Shown here: positions 50,544 through 59,878 of the stretch, one piece after another
Position numbering within the stretch: the first letter of the stretch is position 1
How the letters are laid out: each line of letters opens with the position of its first letter
Assembly: GCA_007132095.1 (NCBI GenBank)
Contig: SLPH01000064.1
Coordinates: 1 to 59,878, forward strand
Reading direction: 5' to 3'
Source: Syntrophomonadaceae bacterium
GTDB lineage: Bacteria > Bacillota > Dethiobacteria > DTU022
DNA: 59,878 nt
Notes under the pieces: model-generated
Database searches by the model: none
Seen by the model: the letters and a program-made list of their open reading frames with translations, nothing else
Told to the model about the DNA's origin: nothing
Position numbers and translations under genes: made by a program

Positions 50544-51654
50544 ATGTTGAAAGAGTATCGTGAAGAACTGGATCTTCAAAAAGAAAGGCTTGCTGAAATG
50601 AGGGCTTCTCTTTGAATATGAGAAGAAGCTCGAAAAGCTGGCTAAAATAGAAAAACAATCTTCCGAGCCCGGTTTTTGGGACAACAGCAACCGGGCCCAG
50701 GAGTATATGAAAAAACAGGGCGCATTGAAAGAGCAGATCCGGCCTCTTCAGGAACTGGAAACGAAGATTGAAGAAGCTGAAGTCTTCATTGAATTGGCCT
50801 CAGAAGGCGCAGGTGAAGAAGGGGAGGCATTTTCCGAGGCGGCCCCGATCCTGGAAGATATTAAGGAAAACCTGGATAAAATTGAACTGCAAACCCTTTT
50901 GAGCGGAAGTTACGATTTTAATGATGCCATAGTATCGCTTCACCCGGGAGCCGGCGGCCTGGATTCGCAGGAATGGGCTGAGATGCTCCTTAGAATGTAT
51001 ACCCGGTGGTGTGAAGCTAAAGGGCTTAAGGTTGAACTTGCCGATCTGCTTTCTGATGACGAGGCCGGCATCAAAAGCGCTACAATTATTGTGCGCGGCT
51101 ATGCCGCCTACGGTTACCTTCAGGCTGAAAAGGGCGTGCACCGGATGATCCGGATATCTCCTTTCGACACTTCGCGCAGACGCCATACTTCTTTTGCTTC
51201 AGTAGATGTGATCCCGGAGGTAGTAGAAGAAGACTTTGTTATCGATCCGGATGACCTGAAGATCGACACCTACCGCTCAAGCGGGGCCGGCGGCCAGCAT
51301 GTTAACAAAACTGATTCGGCCGTTCGCATCACCCACCTTCCAACCGGCACAGTGGTCACCTGCCAGAACGATCGGTCGCAGCACAGCAACCGGCAGCAGG
51401 CGATGATGATTTTACAGGCTAAACTGGCTGAACTGAAAAGGCTTGAGCAGGCCGAAGAGATAAATGCGGAACGGGGGCACCAGAGAGAGATTGCCTGGGG
51501 CAGCCAGATTCGGACCTATACATTTCATCCTTTCACCCTGGTAAAAGATCATCGCACCGGGGTGGAAGTGGGCCAGGTAGACTCAGTTATGAATGGCAAC
51601 ATAGATCCTTTTATCGAGGCTTTCCTGCGCTGGAAAGCGCGCGGTAACGGCTAA
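50544..51654 (+). CDS. prfB: Peptide chain release factor 2, expressed by programmed +1 frameshift at CTT-TGA (50610-50615)
   Basis: Short ORF MLKEYREE...EMRASL* ends at CTT TGA. The +1 frame continues EYEKKLE...PGFWD and contains SPF and GGQHVN. Confidence 0.96.
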
Positions 51655-51864
51655 AAAGGGCTGCAGCGACAGGGCTTTGTTTGCCGACCGGCTCATATTA
51701 AAGTAATACACAGTTCCTTAATTCATTGTTTGGAAGGGGACAGGGTCTTCTGCTAATAATTTGCAAAATAAGTAAAAATATTATAATATAAAGTGCAAAG
51801 GATGCTCTACTTAAAGCGGTTTTTTGGAAGCTGCTGTAGGGTGCGCACAGAAAGGTTAGGCTGC

Positions 51865-52551
51865 ATGGTCGAAGCAAAAAATCTCAGCATGAAATACGGC
51901 CGCGGCGGGCAGTATGCCCTTGATGACGTCAGCTTTTTTATTGATCGCGGGGAGTTTGTTTTTTTTGTCGGATCGAGCGGTGCGGGTAAATCAACCTTGC
52001 TTAAACTGATCATCAGGGAGTTAAGGCCAACAGATGGGGTTTTGAAGGTGTTTGGCCGCAACGTAGGGCGGCTGCCAAGGCACAGGCTGCCGTATTTAAG
52101 GCGTAATATAGGGATGGTGTTCCAGGATTTTCGCTTGATGGATGAACGCAGCGCTGCCGAGAACGTCGCTTTTGCCATGATGGTTACCGGCGCTTCCCGG
52201 CGCGAAATAAGAAGACGGGTTCCCCATGTCCTCGGGTTGGTAGGGCTGCAGGATAAAGCAAAAAGCAGAATTTGCGATCTTTCAGGGGGCGAGCAGCAGC
52301 GAGTAGGAGTAGCCAGGGCTATCGCAAACAGGCCCGCTATGATTGTGGCAGACGAACCGACCGGAAACCTTGACCCCGGCACATCCCTTGATATTATGAA
52401 CCTGCTGCGGAGCATTAACCTGCGGGGCACTACAGTGCTTGTGGCGACGCATAACCGTGAAATAGTCGACCTGTTTAAAAAAAGGGTTATCTATCTCGAG
52501 AACGGGAAAGTTGTCCGTGACGAGCAAAAGGGGATTTACACCGGTGTTTAG
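51865..52551 (+). CDS. ftsE: Cell division ATP-binding protein FtsE
   Basis: GSSGAGKST, PYLRRNIGMVFQDFRL, LSGGEQQRV, ADEPTGNLDP. Confidence 0.95.
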   Translation: MVEAKNLSMKYGRGGQYALDDVSFFIDRGEFVFFVGSSGAGKSTLLKLIIRELRPTDGVLKVFGRNVGRLPRHRLPYLRRNIGMVFQDFRLMDERSAAENVAFAMMVTGASRREIRRRVPHVLGLVGLQDKAKSRICDLSGGEQQRVGVARAIANRPAMIVADEPTGNLDPGTSLDIMNLLRSINLRGTTVLVATHNREIVDLFKKRVIYLENGKVVRDEQKGIYTGV

Positions 52552-53431
52552 CAGCGGAATCTTTTACATCATCGGGGAAACATTAAAAGGTCTTTACCGC
52601 AACCGCTGGATGTGCCTGACATCTACGGGAGTTGTGGTTGTTACCCTGCTCATGCTCGGCCTGTTTATGCTGATCAACATGAACGTGGGCCACATAACAG
52701 AAACGGTTAAAGAGCAGGTAGAAATTGTTGTCTATATTGACGAATATGCTTCCCAGGCTACCGTTGACGATCTTAAACAGAGGCTTCAGGCGCACAGCGG
52801 ACTCAGGGAAGTCAGGTATGTATCCAGCACCGAGCACATGGATCGGTTACAAAAACAGCTGGGAGGCATGCTGGAAGGTTACGACAGCATGGAAGATAAC
52901 CCCCTTCTGGCTTCTTTTGAGCTGAGAACAAATGTGCCGGAAGACGTTCCTTCAATTGCTCTTGAGCTTGAAACTTACCCCGGCGTGGCCACGGTATTCT
53001 ATGGCCAGGGCTACGTGGAGGATCTCTTTGCCGTAACGGGTGTAATTCAGATAGTCGGGCTTTCCCTGATGGTTGGCCTGGCGATAACAGCCGTGTTTTT
53101 AATATCTCACACAATTAAGCTTACTGTAATGATGCGTAAAAGAGAGATTACAATTATGAAATATGTTGGCGCTACTAACTGGTTTATTCGCTGGCCTTTT
53201 TTGCTTGAAGGTTTGCTGATGGGTTTTACCGGGGCCGCCCTTCCCCTGGTCGCCCTCTATTTTATCTATGAATATGCCATTGAGTGGGCTGCTGTCAATA
53301 ATCTGCTCTTCTTAACCCTGCTTCCCCTGCAGGTTGTTATTTATGAAGTGGCTAAATACCTGGTACCGTTGGGGACAGGTTTGGGAATACTGGGCAGTTC
53401 TTTTTCAATGGGCCGTTTCTTAAAGGTTTAA
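52544..53431 (+). CDS. ftsX: Cell division permease FtsX
   Basis: 4-TM topology, NPL.ASF, REITIMKYVGATNWFIRWPFLLEG. Confidence 0.95.
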   Translation: MFSSGIFYIIGETLKGLYRNRWMCLTSTGVVVVTLLMLGLFMLINMNVGHITETVKEQVEIVVYIDEYASQATVDDLKQRLQAHSGLREVRYVSSTEHMDRLQKQLGGMLEGYDSMEDNPLLASFELRTNVPEDVPSIALELETYPGVATVFYGQGYVEDLFAVTGVIQIVGLSLMVGLAITAVFLISHTIKLTVMMRKREITIMKYVGATNWFIRWPFLLEGLLMGFTGAALPLVALYFIYEYAIEWAAVNNLLFLTLLPLQVVIYEVAKYLVPLGTGLGILGSSFSMGRFLKV

Positions 53432-53561
53432 TGTGGAACAAATGTACGCCGGCAGCCAGGCCCGATCTTTTTTAATGACTACCTGAATGCTGACGGACTA
53501 TAAAGAAAGCGGATCAAGATTATATAGAAATATATAGAATTCCCGGGGAGGAAAACATGGG

Positions 53562-54758
53562 ATGATTAGCCGGGTAGGTTCAAAACTTATTCTGTTAATG
53601 GCGCTCCTGTTCCTAATTAGTTTCTGCGCTTTGCCTGTCTTTGCCAATATCCATGAGACAATTGAAGAAAAGCAAAAAGAACTGGAAGGTGTAGAACAGC
53701 GCCGCGAAGACGAAAAAAGCGCGCTCCAACAGCGCTTAAACCGTGAAGCGGCCCTGAAAGAAGAGCTTCTTGCCATTGAAAACAGGCAAATTGATTTGCG
53801 GCGCGAGCTTGAACGCCTCGTTGGCGAGATCGCCGTTGTTGAAGACGAAATCGCCCAGGCCGAAAAAGAGCTGGCAGAAGCGGAAGAGCAGCTTGGCTAC
53901 CAGGAAGATTTACTTAAAATGAGATTGCGCGCTATCCAGCAGCATGGTGTCGTCACCTACCTGGAAGTCTTGTTTGAAGCCGAAAGCTTCTCTGATTTTC
54001 TGACCAGGCTTCATAATTTAAGCCTGATAGCCTCTAATGATTTGCGGCTTATTGAAGAAATCCAGGCAATTAAGAGGATGATTGAAGAATGGCGTGATGA
54101 GCTTCAGGAGAAACGCGATCACCTTGTGTCGATGCGCCAGCAGGTAGTGGACAGGGAAGCCGAGCTCGAAAGGGCCGCTGAAGAGCGGGTTATCGTCTTG
54201 GCTGAACTGGAGCAGGAGATTTCTTTGAATCTTAAAGCGATCCAGGACCTTGAGCGGGAAGCCCAGGAACTGGATAACATGATCCGCCGCCTGATTGCTG
54301 AAGCGAGCCAGTTTTCCGGGATTTCCGGATCACTGCAATATCCTATCGAAGCTCCTACCTGGGTATCTTCAGGATACGGCTGGCGCCGGGATCCTTTCAG
54401 CGGCGCCCAGGCCTGGCATGGCGGGATAGATATTGCTCCTCACCATGGGGCTGCAAACTATATTTTAGCTGCTGAAGCAGGAAAAGTAATATTCTCCGGT
54501 TGGAATGGCGGTTACGGCAACTGTATTATGATCGATCACGGCGGGGGGACGGTTACCCTGTATGCTCACATGAGCAGCCTGTTGGTGCAGGCCGGCGATA
54601 TTGTCGCGCGCGGCCAGCGCATTGCCCGGGCCGGGACGACAGGGTATAGCACCGGTGTGCACCTGCATTTTGAGGTCAGGGAGTACGAGAAGCCGGCTAT
54701 TCGCAGCTTCCCCAGCGGAGCGGCGGATCATCGTTATAATCCTTCGGGCTATTTTTAG
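53562..54758 (+). CDS. Coiled-coil + M23 peptidase (FtsEX-dependent hydrolase, EnvC/CwlO-like architecture)
   Basis: Signal peptide, long coiled coil, YLEVLFEAESFSDFL, HGGID, YAHM, STGVHLHFEVR (Zn ligands intact). Confidence 0.88.
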   Translation: MISRVGSKLILLMALLFLISFCALPVFANIHETIEEKQKELEGVEQRREDEKSALQQRLNREAALKEELLAIENRQIDLRRELERLVGEIAVVEDEIAQAEKELAEAEEQLGYQEDLLKMRLRAIQQHGVVTYLEVLFEAESFSDFLTRLHNLSLIASNDLRLIEEIQAIKRMIEEWRDELQEKRDHLVSMRQQVVDREAELERAAEERVIVLAELEQEISLNLKAIQDLEREAQELDNMIRRLIAEASQFSGISGSLQYPIEAPTWVSSGYGWRRDPFSGAQAWHGGIDIAPHHGAANYILAAEAGKVIFSGWNGGYGNCIMIDHGGGTVTLYAHMSSLLVQAGDIVARGQRIARAGTTGYSTGVHLHFEVREYEKPAIRSFPSGAADHRYNPSGYF

Positions 54759-54862
54759 CTATTAATCTCTTAAATTGTTTTTATGTTATTATAAGGGGGT
54801 GGCAGGCTTGATATTAGAGGCTGACACCTCTTTTATATTCCTGCCTTTAGCTAAAACAGGGG

Positions 54863-56371
54863 ATGATAATAATGGAAACAGCAAGTAAGAATAATATAAA
54901 AGTATTGGTGGTTATATTTGCCGCCCTATTGATCATGACCAATGCGGCAAATTATTTTCTGGTAAGCTCCGGTACGCTTGGCGCTTTTGGCGGGAGTGAA
55001 ACTGAAGCGGAAGAGCCAACCCGGGTAATCAGGTATGATCCCGATCGGTATGTTTACGATGCCGAAACAGCCCTGATCTGGGAGACTATCGACGTTCTAA
55101 CAAAAAAACATTACAGCCCGGTGGATTTGCCTGTGCTTGTCGAAGGGGCGGTCAGGGGGATGCTTCAGAGCGTAGGCGATCCCTATGCCCAGTTCTACTC
55201 CCCGGAAGATCTGGAGGAATTTATTCTTGACACCAGGGGTACATATGGCGGTATCGGGGTCAGGATTATTGAAGTTGAACCCTACGTTGTCGTTTTCGAA
55301 ACGATGCCCGGTACTCCGGCAGAAAGAAGCAATCTCAACCCGGGGGATCGGATTATCGCAGCCGATGGGCACGACCTGATCGGCGAGGGTGTTACAAGGG
55401 CGGTTGAAATACTGCGCGGCCCGGAGAACACTTCCGTTGAAGTTGAAATAGTAAGACCCGGTTCCGATGAACCAATAAAAGTGATGGTTGACCGCGAAGA
55501 AATTGTGGTGCCTACAGTGGCCAGTGAAATGCTGAGCGATGGGTTGGGCTACATTTCTCTCAACGGGTTCGACAGTAACACGGCGGCCGAGTTTGGGCGC
55601 CGGCTGAGTAGTTTAGAGCAGCAGGGTCTGGAAAAAGGCTTGATTCTCGACCTGCGCAATAATCACGGCGGTCTTGTTGACCAGGCTATCGAGGTGGCCG
55701 AACACCTGGTGCCGGAAGGCGAAATAGCCAGTGTAATCGGAGGAGAGGGCGAAGTCTTGCGTACCTACTATTCCAGGGCGGTTGGAAAAACCTACCCGAT
55801 TGTTGTTTTGATCAATGAAGAGTCGGCCAGCGCCTCAGAGCTTCTCGCAGGCGCCCTGCAGGATAGCGGTGCGGCACTTCTTGTCGGTAAAACAACCTTC
55901 GGTAAGGCTTCGGTTCAGAACCTGGAGTACCTGCCTGGAAACTATGGGTTGTTAATCACCGTCGCTCGTTATTTTACCCCCTCCGGACATGATATTCATG
56001 AGCACGGCATCAGTCCTGATTTTGAAGTCGAAATGTCGGAAGCGCTGCGCTACTACCGCTACTTCTTTCCCGGCCGCTTAGAACGCGGTTCTTACGGTCC
56101 TGAAGTTGAGATGCTGCAGGTGATGTTAAACCAGATCGGTTATGAAGTTGAAGACAGCGGGTATTTTGATCAGCTCACCGCTGACGCGCTGGCCGAATTT
56201 CAGGAGGCAAACGATCTCAGGGCAACGGGAGAATTTGACGATAGAACCTGGTTGGTCCTCAGGGTGGCTCTTGATGAAGCGCTCTGGCGTGACGATGAAC
56301 AGCTTAATTATGCGATAGAGCTGATCGGAAAACCGGGGCTCTTTACCATAACGGGAGGCAATAACCAGTAA
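54863..56371 (+). CDS. S41 carboxyl-terminal processing protease with PDZ and peptidoglycan-binding domain
   Basis: DPYAQF, YGGIG, LDLRNNHGG, SASASE, TFGKASVQ; C-terminal GSYGPEVEMLQ...FQ..N.L..TG. Same ftsEX-ctp-minJ-uvrB synteny as B. subtilis ctpB. Confidence 0.9.
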   Translation: MIIMETASKNNIKVLVVIFAALLIMTNAANYFLVSSGTLGAFGGSETEAEEPTRVIRYDPDRYVYDAETALIWETIDVLTKKHYSPVDLPVLVEGAVRGMLQSVGDPYAQFYSPEDLEEFILDTRGTYGGIGVRIIEVEPYVVVFETMPGTPAERSNLNPGDRIIAADGHDLIGEGVTRAVEILRGPENTSVEVEIVRPGSDEPIKVMVDREEIVVPTVASEMLSDGLGYISLNGFDSNTAAEFGRRLSSLEQQGLEKGLILDLRNNHGGLVDQAIEVAEHLVPEGEIASVIGGEGEVLRTYYSRAVGKTYPIVVLINEESASASELLAGALQDSGAALLVGKTTFGKASVQNLEYLPGNYGLLITVARYFTPSGHDIHEHGISPDFEVEMSEALRYYRYFFPGRLERGSYGPEVEMLQVMLNQIGYEVEDSGYFDQLTADALAEFQEANDLRATGEFDDRTWLVLRVALDEALWRDDEQLNYAIELIGKPGLFTITGGNNQ

Positions 56372-57760
56372 ATGCAGCTTTTTATTGAACTGGGTCAGAT
56401 ATTCATCTATTCCTTTGCCCTGGCGGTATTTATGCCCGTATTCTGGGTTGTTCTCTTCCTGGTTTTCATGCAGTATCGACGCCTTGCCGCCAATGAAGAA
56501 AAGCTCTTTGGCAGAGTGATAAACCCGATTGGCAGGCAGATGCTTGCTGCCCTGGGGTACGGAATCATCGGGGGTTTTATTGCCAGCGCAATTCTAGTCC
56601 TGCTGGGGCTCTCCCTGGAGCAGATCGGGCTTTATTTTATCTGGCCCGTGGCCCTCCTGCTTCTGCTCATCAATCCCAGGTATCTTTGTTTTTCATATGC
56701 CGGCGGTATTGTTGCTGTAACGGTCCTCATAGTTCGGCATATAATTGCGCCCCTGTTCCCGGGCCTGGGTGATACCGTGGTTGTTGAAGCGCTTTTGAAT
56801 ATCCACATACCGGCTCTTTTAGTCCTAATCGGCTTGCTTCACCTGGTTGAAGCGCTGCTTATCTATATTGACGGAACGAGAGGCAGCAGTCCGGTATACC
56901 TGAAAATGGATAGCGGTGAAGTAGTCGGCGCTTTCAGCCTGCAAAGGTTTTGGCCCATCCCGCTGGTTGCGCTCCTGGTCTCCCTAGTGTTTCAGACTGA
57001 TATCATGGGCGTTACCATGCCTGAATGGTGGCCAGTTTTGCAATCTGCGCTAGAGCCCGGACCGGGGCAGAGCCTGCAGTATATGGCTGTCCCGGTTGCA
57101 GCGGGTCTGGGCTATGCGGATATGGCCCTGACATCTAAACCTGAAGCCCGGACAAAATACACGGCCAGGCAGCTGGCCGTGTACAGCGTGATTCTCCTGG
57201 TGGTTGCGATTGGGTCCGAATTTTATGGCTGGCTGGTGCTGCCCGGGGTAATTTTTGCTCCTGTCGGTCACGAGCTCTTAATTCTTTATGGTAAAAAGAA
57301 AGAGCGCTCAGAGAAACTGCTCTACAGGTCTCCGGAAAGTGGCGTTAAATTGATGATGGTTCTTCCCGGCACTATTGCTTTCGATGCCGGCCTGCAGGAA
57401 GATGATCTGATTACAGAGATTAATGGCGTTGCAGTTAACAGTAGCTCAGAGCTTATGGATAAGATTGAGGAAAGCTATTTTATGGTATTGATTCGGGGTT
57501 GGCGTCGTGGACAGCAATTTTCTGCAGTTATGCGCAAACGAGCGCAGCAGCCGGGTGATGAGAAAGAGCTGTTCCGCAGGAGCCTGATGAAGCATTCTGC
57601 CTATGCTTTGCCGCATAGAAGCGCAGAATTGGGCCTGATCCCAGTTCCTGATCACGATTCCAAGGTCTATTTCGAGATCAAAAAAAGCAACCCTTTCGCC
57701 TTTATCAGGCGCTTCGCCGGCCGGGTTAAAACAATGGTTGGCATAAACAGGGCTGGATAG
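56372..57760 (+). CDS. MinJ-like multi-pass membrane protein with C-terminal PDZ
   Basis: PRYLCFSYAGG, LHLVEALL, QRFWPIP, PDZ (AGLQEDD.I.EING); synteny after the S41 protease. Confidence 0.75.
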   Translation: MQLFIELGQIFIYSFALAVFMPVFWVVLFLVFMQYRRLAANEEKLFGRVINPIGRQMLAALGYGIIGGFIASAILVLLGLSLEQIGLYFIWPVALLLLLINPRYLCFSYAGGIVAVTVLIVRHIIAPLFPGLGDTVVVEALLNIHIPALLVLIGLLHLVEALLIYIDGTRGSSPVYLKMDSGEVVGAFSLQRFWPIPLVALLVSLVFQTDIMGVTMPEWWPVLQSALEPGPGQSLQYMAVPVAAGLGYADMALTSKPEARTKYTARQLAVYSVILLVVAIGSEFYGWLVLPGVIFAPVGHELLILYGKKKERSEKLLYRSPESGVKLMMVLPGTIAFDAGLQEDDLITEINGVAVNSSSELMDKIEESYFMVLIRGWRRGQQFSAVMRKRAQQPGDEKELFRRSLMKHSAYALPHRSAELGLIPVPDHDSKVYFEIKKSNPFAFIRRFAGRVKTMVGINRAG

Positions 57761-57772
57761 GTGGGGCAATAA

Positions 57773-58336
57773 TTGCTGGCAGCGGCTTTTGCAGCTTTTC
57801 TCACTGTATTTATCGCCGAAATAGGTGATAAAACCCAACTGGTGTCGCTCTCAATGGCTTGCCGTTACCCGCCCCTGCAGGTTTTGGGGGGAGCTATGCT
57901 GGCCCTGGCCCTTGTTTTTGGTATCGGCATCGGGGCTGGTGCGTTGATCTATTCCGCTGTGCCTCACAGCCTGCTAAAAGTGCTTTCAGGGGCCATGTTT
58001 ATTATTATTGGGCTGGTATCCCTTTTAAACCGCTCGGGCGATAAAGTTGAAGCTGCCTGTGATCAGAACGGCAGGGGCTTTTACCAGACCCTGCTCATGG
58101 TCTTCGTGGCAGAATTTGGGGATAAGTCGCAGCTTGCTGTTATTTTGCTCGTAGCCGGAATGGGTTTCCCGCTGGCGGTTTTTTGCGGAGCGATGCTGGC
58201 CCTTTTTATAAATCATGTGCTGGCCGTCTACCTGGGGGCCCGCTTTCTAAGCCGGTTGAACCCGCAATACTTGAAATACGGAACAGCTGCTCTCTTTTTC
58301 CTCGTCGGTATCGCCGTTTTGACCCTTGATATTTAA
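57773..58336 (+). CDS. TMEM165/GDT1 (UPF0016) cation transporter
   Basis: Two E-x-G-D-K-[TS]-Q motifs (AEIGDKTQL, AEFGDKSQL). Confidence 0.92.
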   Translation: MLAAAFAAFLTVFIAEIGDKTQLVSLSMACRYPPLQVLGGAMLALALVFGIGIGAGALIYSAVPHSLLKVLSGAMFIIIGLVSLLNRSGDKVEAACDQNGRGFYQTLLMVFVAEFGDKSQLAVILLVAGMGFPLAVFCGAMLALFINHVLAVYLGARFLSRLNPQYLKYGTAALFFLVGIAVLTLDI

Positions 58337-58345
58337 ACCCCCGGA

Positions 58346-58364
58346 AAAACAGATGTGCTATAAT
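58346..58364 (+). promoter_or_regulatory. uvrB promoter -10 with overlapping candidate LexA box
   Basis: AAAC-AGAT-GTGC (2 mismatches to GAAC-RNRY-GTTC) abutting TGCTATAAT. Confidence 0.5.
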
Positions 58365-58430
58365 TATTAATCGAGACCGTTTCCGGTTTGTACCCCGGTT
58401 CGGTCGGTTATCTTTAGTGGAGGCGGGTTC

Positions 58431-59878
58431 TTGAGAAAAGATAATAAGTTCAAAATTAAGTCTGGCTTTCAGCCCGCGGGCGACCAGCCGGAGGCAATTG
58501 CGGCCCTGGTAGAAGGATTAAGCCGGGGCTGTAGCTACCAGACCCTGCTCGGTGTGACAGGTTCGGGTAAGACATTTTCCATTGCCAATGTAATTGAAAA
58601 AGTACAGCGACCGGCTCTCGTAATCGCTCCAAACAAGATTCTTGCTGCCCAGCTTTGCAGCGAGTTTAAAGAGCTCTTTCCCGATAATGCCGTGGAGTAT
58701 TTCATTAGCTATTATGATTATTACCAGCCCGAGGCCTACCTGCCTCACTCAGACACCTATATTGAAAAAGACTCATCGATCAATGATGAGATCGATAAAC
58801 TGCGTCATTCGGCTACCAGCTCTCTTTTTGAGCGTCGCGATGTTATTATTGTGGCCAGTGTTTCCTGTATATACGGTCTCGGTTCGCCGGAAGAGTATGG
58901 AGAGCAGGTTCTCTCCCTCCGCCCGGGGCAGGCTATCAGCCGGGATCAAATTATCGAGCGCCTGGTTGAAATTCACTATCAGCGGAACGAAATTGACTTC
59001 CACAGGGGCACTTTTAGAGCCAGGGGCGATGTTCTTGAAATAATCCCCGCCTCTTTTTCAGAGGCAGCCCTGCGGGTTGAACTGTTTGGCGATGAAATTG
59101 AGCGCCTCAGGGAGATAGATCTGGTTAGCGGCAAGGTGCTCGGCGATCGCAGCCACGCGGCTATATTTCCGGCGACTCACTACGTTACCGCTCCCGATCA
59201 GCTGAAAAGAGCAATTGCCGACATTGAAATGGAGCTTCAGCAGCAGCTGGCCCTCTTTAAGAGCGAAGGCCGTATCCTGGAAGCGCAACGTCTGGAGCAG
59301 CGTACCGTTTATGACCTGGAAATGCTTCAGGAGATTGGGTTTTGCAGCGGGATTGAGAACTATTCGCGTCATCTTGACGGCCGCCCGCCGGGCAGCCGTC
59401 CCTTTACCCTGATCGACTACTTTCCGGAAGATTATGTTGTAATCATTGACGAGTCGCATGTTACGATTCCTCAGATTAATGGCATGTATAAGGGAGACTT
59501 CACGAGAAAGAGCACTTTGGTTGAACACGGCTTCAGGCTGCCTTCCGCGCTTGATAACCGACCGCTCAAATTTGAAGAGTTCGAGGCTCTTGTGCAGCAA
59601 ACTATATTTGTATCCGCTACACCGGGCCCCTGGGAACAAGAACACGGTGAGCAGGTGGTGGAGCAGATTATCCGCCCGACGGGGCTGGTGGATCCGATTG
59701 TAGAAGTCCGCCCGGCAGAAGGGCAGGTAGATGATCTGTACGGTGAGATCAGATCCAGGGCTGACGCAGATCAGCGGGTGCTGGTAACAACCATGACCAA
59801 ACGCATGGCGGAAGATTTAACTGATTATTACCGGGATATGGGGATCAAAGTACGCTACATGCATTCCGATATAGGAGC
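58431..59878 (+). CDS. uvrB: Excinuclease ABC subunit B (partial, runs off window)
   Basis: TTG after GGAGG. Reads [54 protein letters not shown]. Absent from the ORF track because it has no stop in the window. Confidence 0.97.
   Translation, partial: MRKDNKFKIKSGFQPAGDQPEAIAALVEGLSRGCSYQTLLGVTGSGKTFSIANVIEKVQRPALVIAPNKILAAQLCSEFKELFPDNAVEYFISYYDYYQPEAYLPHSDTYIEKDSSINDEIDKLRHSATSSLFERRDVIIVASVSCIYGLGSPEEYGEQVLSLRPGQAISRDQIIERLVEIHYQRNEIDFHRGTFRARGDVLEIIPASFSEAALRVELFGDEIERLREIDLVSGKVLGDRSHAAIFPATHYVTAPDQLKRAIADIEMELQQQLALFKSEGRILEAQRLEQRTVYDLEMLQEIGFCSGIENYSRHLDGRPPGSRPFTLIDYFPEDYVVIIDESHVTIPQINGMYKGDFTRKSTLVEHGFRLPSALDNRPLKFEEFEALVQQTIFVSATPGPWEQEHGEQVVEQIIRPTGLVDPIVEVRPAEGQVDDLYGEIRSRADADQRVLVTTMTKRMAEDLTDYYRDMGIKVRYMHSDIG

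Noticed and set aside
50433-50706. prfB as a pseudogene or split gene
   Set aside because: Explained by the well-known programmed +1 frameshift.
57761-57772. yybP-ykoY Mn riboswitch ahead of the UPF0016 transporter
   Set aside because: The intergenic gap is only 12 nt and no motif is visible.

Overview
Core chromosomal segment, about 50% GC, of an anaerobic Firmicute (Bacillota). A Clostridia/Dethiobacteria-like, Na+-energised and possibly alkaliphilic lifestyle is inferred from gene content, not proven. All real genes except nikR are on the + strand. Order: 3' tail of a probable ssb; walRK-yycH-yycI-murA-htrA; AlkP-superfamily metalloenzyme; MBL hydrolase; Na+/Ca2+ antiporter; rho; rpmE; prfA-prmC; antisense nikR; Na/Pi cotransporter; sua5-ywlE-rpiB-glyA-upp-dCMP deaminase; a complete Na+-type V/A-ATPase operon where Firmicutes usually carry the F-type atp operon; PHP hydrolase; a lone gap; a methanogen-type sulfide-to-homocysteine trio (COG1900 / NIL-ferredoxin / COG2122); gamma-CA family gene; tRNA-Thr(CGU); metal-dependent hydrolase; coxD-coxE-cooC; PRTase; fabZ; SAM-I riboswitch + metK; recD2; comFC; hpf; a CofC-like unknown; secA with a large PPXD insertion; frameshifted prfB; ftsEX-M23-ctpB-minJ; UPF0016 transporter; uvrB (partial). 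No mobile elements, CRISPR arrays or prophage were seen. I cannot point to one clearly new multi-gene system. The best leads are: apparent non-canonical start codons in three core genes, a candidate ion-sensing leader RNA, the coxDE-cooC cluster with its long leader, the Bacteroidota-like SecA insertion, and the V-for-F ATPase swap.
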